A stretch of 63,639 bases of DNA, filler included, from Chrysochromulina tobinii (taxonomy: Eukaryota), in the NCBI GenBank assembly GCA_001275005.1. It is 8 parts of 8 records of this genome, joined end to end, with 100 filler letters (N's around TTAATTAATTAA, not from the genome) between each part and the next. Parts side by side here need not be neighbours in the genome. Positions count along the whole stretch, not along the records: positions 56,369 to 59,112 come from JWZX01000123.1; positions 59,213 to 62,294 come from JWZX01000125.1; positions 62,395 to 63,639 come from JWZX01000128.1; 5 more parts are not named here. One strand, 5' to 3'. How positions within the stretch are numbered: the first letter of the stretch is position 1; each line of letters starts with the position of its first letter. The translations under genes and the position numbers were made by a program. Shown here piece after piece: positions 57,246 to 63,639 of this stretch. The notes under the pieces were generated by a model that worked only from the letters and a program-made list of their open reading frames with translations, had not been told where the DNA came from and searched no databases.

Positions 57246-57774
57246 AGCGTCGCGTGATGTCGAGTCGGTTGGCGTCCCACTCGCTCCACTCAGAGACGTG
57301 TGGGGCCCATCGCGCTGGCTCTCACTGGCTGGCGAGGCACGGGGCTCTGCTCGCGCACGAGGCATCCTGGAGGCTCTGCCTTGGCGCCAGGCGGAGGCCC
57401 GGCCCAGCTACGGTACCAGTAAGGCGCGTTACGCTTTCGTCCGAGCGCCGGCGGTGTGCGAGTCTCGCAAACTCCAAACTATCTCCCCGACCCCCCACTG
57501 TTGGCCAACCTAGGGTGTCGTACGTGCTTGGTAGGTGGCTGCGTTCTTTTGTTAATGGTCTACATTGTGCTGCGCGACAGATAAGCGACAGAACGCTTTG
57601 CTTGAAACGGGCAGAATCCTTACTAGATACTATTTACATGACTATGTACTACCTAAATGCCCAAACCGCGCAACTTCAACCGGTGCGACAGCGGCTGAAG
57701 CCGGTGGCGGGAGGCTGCGGCGCGGCGATGCCGATGGCGGCGCGGCCGCACGCGGCGGGCGCGGAGAGGTGGGG

Positions 57775-57850
57775 GTTCAGTTCAGTTCAGTTACTACATA
57801 AACAACAGACAACCTAACGGAACTGAACTGAACTGAACTGAACTGAACTG
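57775..57850. repeat. Inverted pentamer microsatellite pair (GTTCA)n … (AACTG)6 around a 28-nt A-rich core
   Basis: GTTCAGTTCAGTTCAGTT-ACTACATAAACAACAGACAACCTAACGG-(AACTG)6. Confidence 0.85.
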
Positions 57851-57956
57851 GGGGTTCCCCGTTGTCTTTTCTGGTTCGCGCTGTTCACGCTTCATTTTCG
57901 GGTTCAACGCGTTTCCAAACCGATTGAGTTCCTCGTCGGGGCCTCAGTCCATTTTG

Positions 57957-58185
57957 ATGGAGAAGGTCCGGCGAGCAATGTCGCCCGCGCCGGCCAAGGC
58001 GCCGACAGTGGCGAGCACAGCGAAGCCGACGAAGAAGCAGCTCGCTGCTGATCCGATCCAGAAGCTCAAGGATCGGCTCGTTCGCGGCGAGCGTCTCACT
58101 GAAGAGGAGCTCGTGCAGCTGGAGCAGGCATCGGTCGCCCGCTACGCAGATCTGGCTGATGATTCGAAGCGCGGCGACAAGGGTG

Positions 58186-58216
<31 letters not shown>

Positions 58217-59112
58217 CCTACCGTTGCCGCTCAAGCCGGAAGCGGCGCCGGCGCCGGCGGATTCTGGACGAGCTGACGCTCTTGTGCAGAAGATGTCGAT
58301 TGGCATGAGCACGATCGGGATGAGCGCGAACGAAAAGGAGCTACAAGAGCTGCGCGAGCTGAAAGAGTTGCGCGAGGCTGCACAGCGCGAGCGCGTGACA
58401 CTCGACCAGCGCGCGGCGGAGCTCAAGCGGCTACGCGAGCTGCGCGCTCAGGTGTCTAGGGATCCGAGTGCTGCTCTCGAGCTCTCGTCGCGTCGCTTCT
58501 CCGCACCCGCGCCTGCCCGCTTTACAGACGTCTGCGGCACGTCGGCGGCCAGCTCGTCGGCTGGCGCAGGTGCGGGCAGCTCATCGGCTGGCGCAGGTGC
58601 GGCCAGCTCATCGCTCGCGAGCAGCGGCATGAGCCTAGGCGGTGGCAGCGGTGGCAGCGGTGGCAACACCGGGAGCAGCCGGAGCATGAGCGGCCTGCTC
58701 GGCAGCTGCAGCTTCCTTGTGCCGAGCGGTATGAGCCGCAGCAGCAGTGGTGCCGGGCGCGGCGGTGGCGGCGCAGCGCTGCCCTTTAGTAGCAGTAGCG
58801 ACGGCGTGGCGCTGCCTTTTGCAAGCAGCAGCGACAACGGCGCCGCCGACTACAAGGCGGCTGCCGAGCGTGCAGAGCGCGCTGCAGCGCAGGCGGTCGC
58901 GGCTGTGAACAGCATCCAGCAGGAGCTCCGGTACGCGCTGGCGGCGAACCACGCCAAAGTGCTTGACCTCTTCCGCCAGTGGGATTCGGACGGTGACGGC
59001 ACGGTGCGCAAGGCGGAGCTGCGCAAGGCGGTCGCCCTGCTCGGGTACGATGTGCCCAATGTTGAGGTCGATAAGCTCTTCGAGTCGTTTGACCGCGACG
59101 GCGGCGGTGCCA
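57957..59112 (+). CDS. Coiled-coil/low-complexity protein with EF-hand pair, 3'-truncated
   Basis: LFRQWDSDGDGTVRKAELRKAV…VDKLFESFDRDGGG at the contig end. Confidence 0.8.
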
Positions 59113-59212
59113 NNNNNNNNNNNNNNNNNNNNNNNNNNNNNNNNNNNNNNNNNNNNTTAATTAATTAANNNNNNNNNNNNNNNNNNNNNNNNNNNNNNNN
59201 NNNNNNNNNNNN

Positions 59213-60911
59213 CACTCGCGCTGTTGGCAAGCAGCTCGCGCGCCTTGGGCAGGAGCCGACGCGCGTACCTGTGGGGAAGAGAGAGAGAGAGAGAGCGGGC
59301 GGGCGCCGTGGTGAGCACGTGCAAGCAGCTCGCGCGCCTTGGGCGGGAGCGACGCGCGCACCGGCCATCGGTGCCCTTGATGTCCTTGGCCACCGCCTGG
59401 GAAATGAGCGACGAGATTTGGGGAGCGGGTGGGCCGTTGAGGCTGAGTGAACGGCCCGCGGAGAAGATCGATTCCTCAAAGAGCCCCACGTCGAGGGCTG
59501 CGAGGGCGGCGTGCTGCCATAGCTGCCAGTTGTCACTGCGCAGCGCGCACGCCTGCCGGAAGGCGTAGAGAGCCTCGCGCTTCATCTTCTGGCGCGCAAA
59601 CAAGCCGCCGAGGGACGACCATGCCTGGTAGTGTGTCGGATCGAGTGTGATCACCTTGCGCATGTCGGCGAGCGCCGTATCGAGCGCATCGAGCTTGAGT
59701 GAGCAGACCGCGCGGCAGTACCATGCCTCCGCGTAATGGCTGCGCGCGCCGAGGGCATCGGACAGGTGGGTACGGGCTTCTTCCCACTGCTCGAGGCGCA
59801 TTGCGTTCGAGCCGAGCTTGAGCTTCGCGCGCGCGAGATGCTGTTTGGAGAGGGTCCACGCATGCTCGTAGTGCTCAATCTCGCCGGTGAGATCGCCCAG
59901 GTGCATCCACATCGTGGCCGTAGGTGCCACCTCGAGCTGATGGCGCACCGCCCTGAGGCGGGGGAAGGCGGGTCTCATTAGTGGTACTCAGAGGTCACCC
60001 GAGGCCATCCGAGATCATCAGAGGTCATCCGAGGTCATCCGAGGTCATCAGAGGTCTTCGGACAACCAAGCGCTGAGGTCTCATCTTTTTTTTTTGGGGG
60101 GGGGGCAGGCGCACCTCCTTGGTTGACCCGCATTGCTTTTCGAGGTGCAGTCGCGCCTCCCAGTGCACCGGCTCATTCGGCTGGGCACTCGCGCTGTTGG
60201 CAAGCAGCTCGCGCGCCTTGGGCAGGAGCCGACGCGCGTACCTGTGGGGAAGAGAGAGAGAGAGAGAGAGCGGGCGGGCGCCGTGGTGAGCACGTGCAAG
60301 CAGCTCGCGCGCCTTGGGCGGGAGCGACGCGCGCACCGGCCATCGGTGCCCTTGATGTCCTTGGCCACCGCCTGGGAAATGAGCGACGAGATTTGGGGAG
60401 CGGGTGGGCCGTTGAGGCTGAGTGAACGGCCCGCGGAGAAGATCGATTCCTCAAAGAGCCCCACGTCGAGGGCTGCGAGGGCGGCGTGCTGCCATAGCTG
60501 CCAGTTGTCACTGCGCAGCGCGCACGCCTGCCGGAAGGCGTAGAGAGCCTCGCGCTTCATCTTCTGGCGCGCAAACAAGCCGCCGAGGGACGACCATGCC
60601 TGGTAGTGTGTCGGATCGAGTGTGATCACCTTGCGCATGTCGGCGAGCGCCGTATCGAGCGCATCGAGCTTGAGTGAGCAGACCGCGCGGCAGTACCATG
60701 CCTCCGCGTAATGGCTGCGCGCGCCGAGGGCATCGGACAGGTGGGTACGGGCTTCTTCCCACTGCTCGAGGCGCATTGCGTTCGAGCCGAGCTTGAGCTT
60801 CGCGCGCGCGAGATGCTGTTTGGAGAGGGTCCACGCATGCTCGTAGTGCTCAATCTCGCCGGTGAGATCGCCCAGGTGCATCCACATCGTGGCCGTAGGT
60901 GCCACCTCCGG
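59213..60911 (-). CDS. TTC27: Two tandem near-identical copies of TTC27/Emw1-like TPR exons (partial gene)
   Basis: MWMHLGDLTGEIEHYEHAWTLSKQHLARAK…LDPTHYQAWSSLG…ALRSDNWQLWQH resembles the C-terminal half of TTC27. Copies lie at ~60186-60911 and 59213-59936, with introns 60242-60336, 59937-60114 and 59269-59361. No N-terminal half is visible. Confidence 0.75.
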
Positions 60912-61221
60912 CTGATGCATCGAGGGCAGCATCGGCTCCCGATGTGCGCGCGCGAACAAGGGGAGGGACGCCGAGGGACGAGAAAAAAGGGCGGCGGGGC
61001 GCCTACGACGACGCGACGGCCCACACAGTATGTCCAGAGTGCTACCAGTTTGTCGTTTTCTTACTTTAGACACTTTAGTTCTCCAGACTCAAGCATAAGC
61101 CGTCGCCGCCGCCTCCAAGCCGCGTCGCCGCCACCTCCCATGCCACCACCGCCTTCCCCACCATCGCCGTCGCCTCCGCCTCCAAGGCCACCGCCGCCTT
61201 CCCAGCCGCCGCCTCCGCCCT

Positions 61222-62027
61222 CAGAGTGCCCTCTGAGTGCCCTCTGAGTGCCCTCTGAGTGCCCTCTGAGTGCCCTCTGAGTGCCCTCTGAGTGCCCTCT
61301 GAGTGCCTTCTGAGTGCCCTATGAGTGCCCTCTAATCGGGCGCACCCGGCCGCTCGCGAAGAAGGCCTTGACCTCGGCGCGTTGCCAGTGCGCGTGTTGT
61401 GATTGCACTTGGCGAGGTCGGCCGGCGTGCGACCATCCTGCGGCGCGGGCACGCGGAGAACAAGGGCGGGCGGCGGAGCGAGGGTCGTCAGCGGCGAAAA
61501 GGACAGGGAGGTGCGCACAACGCAGCAAACGGGCGCGCGCGCCGCCGTCTCGCCACCAATGATGGCGCTGGCAATCTGGGTCATCGGGACGTCTCGGGTC
61601 CAGGTGCCCTCAGAGCACAGAGGGGCCGCTGAGTACCACGGAGTGCTGCTGAGTGCCGGTGATTGCGTCTGAGTGCGTCTGAGTGCGTCTGAGTGCCTGT
61701 GAGTGCGTCTGAGTGCCTGTGAGTGCGTCTGAGTGCCTCTGAGTGCGTCTGAGTGCGTCTGAGTGCGTCTGAGTGCCTCTGATGGCCTCTGAGTGCCTCT
61801 GAGTGCCTTTGAGTAGCCACTGATTGCCACCGATTGCCACTGATTGCCACTGATTGACCACTGATTGACCTCTGTTTGCCTCTGATTGCTTCTGAGTGCC
61901 CTCTGAGTGCCACTGCTGAGCTCTCTGGAGCCTTTGACCACTGATTGCCACCGATTGCCACTGATTGCCACTGATTGCAAACGATTGCCCTCTGATTGCC
62001 CTCTGATCACCTCTGATGAGCCACTGA
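61222..62027 (+). repeat. CTGAG/CTGAT-core tandem arrays (CTGAGTGCCCT, CTGAGTGCGT, CTGATTGCCA) of the intron-filler type, flanking an unresolved exon
   Basis: Arrays at ~61222-61335 and ~61650-62027. I could not settle on a gene model or strand. Confidence 0.8.
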
Positions 62028-62394
62028 TGCACGCGCGCACGCAAGGGCGAGGGGCGGCGTACCTTGTCCGTCGCATTGGCGGCCTTATGGCGGCCTCAGG
62101 CTTGCGCTCGTACGCCGCGATAAGGGCGCCTGCACCACCGCCACCGTCTGCCAATCTCAGCCAGAGCCGCGCGCTGGCGCTGGCACTGCCGCTGTCACCC
62201 GCAGCCGCCCTCGCCGCCGCCTCCGCCGCCTCCGACGCCACCTTCGCCGCCTCCACCTGTCCCGCCACCGCCCTCACCTCCACCAACAGTTGTCNNNNNN
62301 NNNNNNNNNNNNNNNNNNNNNNNNNNNNNNNNNNNNNNTTAATTAATTAANNNNNNNNNNNNNNNNNNNNNNNNNNNNNNNNNNNNNNNNNNNN

Positions 62395-63639
62395 AACTCG
62401 ACGGTCTCGTCCGTCGGCTCCTCGCCGGCCGACGTGAACGTGTCCCCGCACCAGCGACTCACCGGCAGGCCGCCGCGTGTGATGGACCTCGCCTCCTTCG
62501 GCTCACGCGCCGTCGTGCTCAAGCCACCAACTCACCAGCACAAGCCGAGCCTCAGCCCGCGCGGCTGGCTTGGCTCCTTCCTCGGCCGCTCTCGCTATTC
62601 CAAGGGGGGGTACGACGTGCTCGTCGGCCAGAAGATCGTCACCTCGTCGAGCGTCCTTGTCGACGAGGAACACTTTGACTGGGCCCCACTTGCCAAACGG
62701 CACCAGCCCCTCACCGCCGTCGCTCACGCCCCCGAATCGCCTCAGCGGCCGACCGCCCTGCCTCGCCTTCTGCCCGCCGGCGCCCCCGCGACTCGCACCC
62801 TTGCCGACCCAGTCTTCGGCCCTGCGCCACTCTTGACGTCCTCGGCCCACGGGGGGGTCTCGCCGCCCCCTCCTCGCCACGATGAGGGGGTGCCGTCACC
62901 TTCGAGCTCACCGTCTGCGCCGCAATCTCCGCGATCTCCGCCTCATTCGCCCTCGCCGCGTGCTTCCCCCATCACCTTTCCCCCGCTGGAAGAGGATGCG
63001 ACGGCCCCGCCGGTTCCACCTACCGTTGCCCGTGACGGCGCTCCGCAGCGCGCCGCTCGCCCCAGGCCTGCAGTTGACTACTTCAAAAAGCAGCCCAACA
63101 AGCGCGAGTGGGGCCCCAAGTGGCTGGATGCTGTTGGCGCCGACCCAAAAATCTCCGGGCCTCTCGCAACCGTGCCCGAAGAGACGCCCTCACCCCCACC
63201 GGCTCCCTTGCCCGCGTCGCCCTCAATCCCGCCATCGCCTCACTCGGCCGTCGACTACTCGCCCGGTGGCACGCACGAATTCGGCTCCTCGTACACGCCC
63301 TTTGTTGCAGCCAATCTCCCTGAACCTCTCACGCCCCTGCCCCCCAGCGCCGCCCTTCGACTCGAGTTGTCGGGTTCCCGAGCGGCATTACACGCACACT
63401 TGCGCTCTCACCTCGACGTGATGGAGGCCGCGGTCGTTCAGACACTCCTGGCCGCAGCCGCCGACGCGCCCTCGCCCAAAGCAGCAAACCTCGACCTGGT
63501 CCCGATCTCGCCATGGTCAACTCTCGACGGCCGCCGCGTCCCTCGCAAATCGGTGCGGCTTCCCGGCGGCGGCCGCGCGCTGCCCGTGTTCATCGCGCTT
63601 GGGCGCGACGAGGACCTTTGCTCGCCCAGCCCCGCTGCA
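62395..63639 (+). mobile_element. Ty1/copia LTR-retrotransposon pol fragment (integrase C-terminus, SH3-like domain, Pro-rich linker)
   Basis: Frame open across the whole contig, so it is absent from the ORF track. SPHQRLTGRPPRVMDLASFGSRAVVLKP…KPSLSPRGWLGSFLGRSRYSKGGYDVLVGQKIVTSSSVLVDEEHF follows the copia pattern P…L.G..P….L..FG..A…KL.PR…G.FLG…KGY…I..S..V.FDE..F. Confidence 0.8.

Overview
GC-rich, intron-containing eukaryotic DNA, most consistent with a haptophyte alga (Chrysochromulina/Prymnesiales-like; this is inference from gene style and content). The window is eight contigs joined by artificial 100-nt spacers (N44-TTAATTAATTAA-N44). Recognisable genes: casein kinase II beta, 14-3-3, a CFAP57/WDR65-like flagellar WD40/coiled-coil protein, a DTW-domain tRNA acp-transferase, a YbaK-like editing domain, a GT10 fucosyltransferase, a receptor-like TKL kinase, a secreted ShKT-TPR-JmjC protein, an ATP-grasp protein, a PH-domain protein, a ~2,900-aa IQ-WD40-pseudokinase-ARM protein, a beta-helix surface protein, duplicated TTC27-like exons and a Ty1/copia pol fragment. 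One 9.5-kb contig is almost entirely satellite. The most striking signal is intron architecture. Of the roughly 40 spliceosomal introns I could place by restoring reading frames, most are built from (i) a 6-43-nt copy of the adjacent exon that supplies the GT donor or AG acceptor, (ii) strand-polarised 9-10-nt tandem repeats made of branch-point-like CTRAY motifs, often joined in register to the exon copy by microhomology, and (iii) often one of two shared 3' cassettes (...CTGATTGCCTCCCTCATCAG or GCATGCAAGTGCTCACCACGGCGCCC...CCCCACAG). Several of these introns are stacked back-to-back around zero-length exons. This suggests an ongoing duplication-plus-templated-fill mechanism of intron creation. 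All splice sites were inferred by eye and need RNA-seq confirmation.
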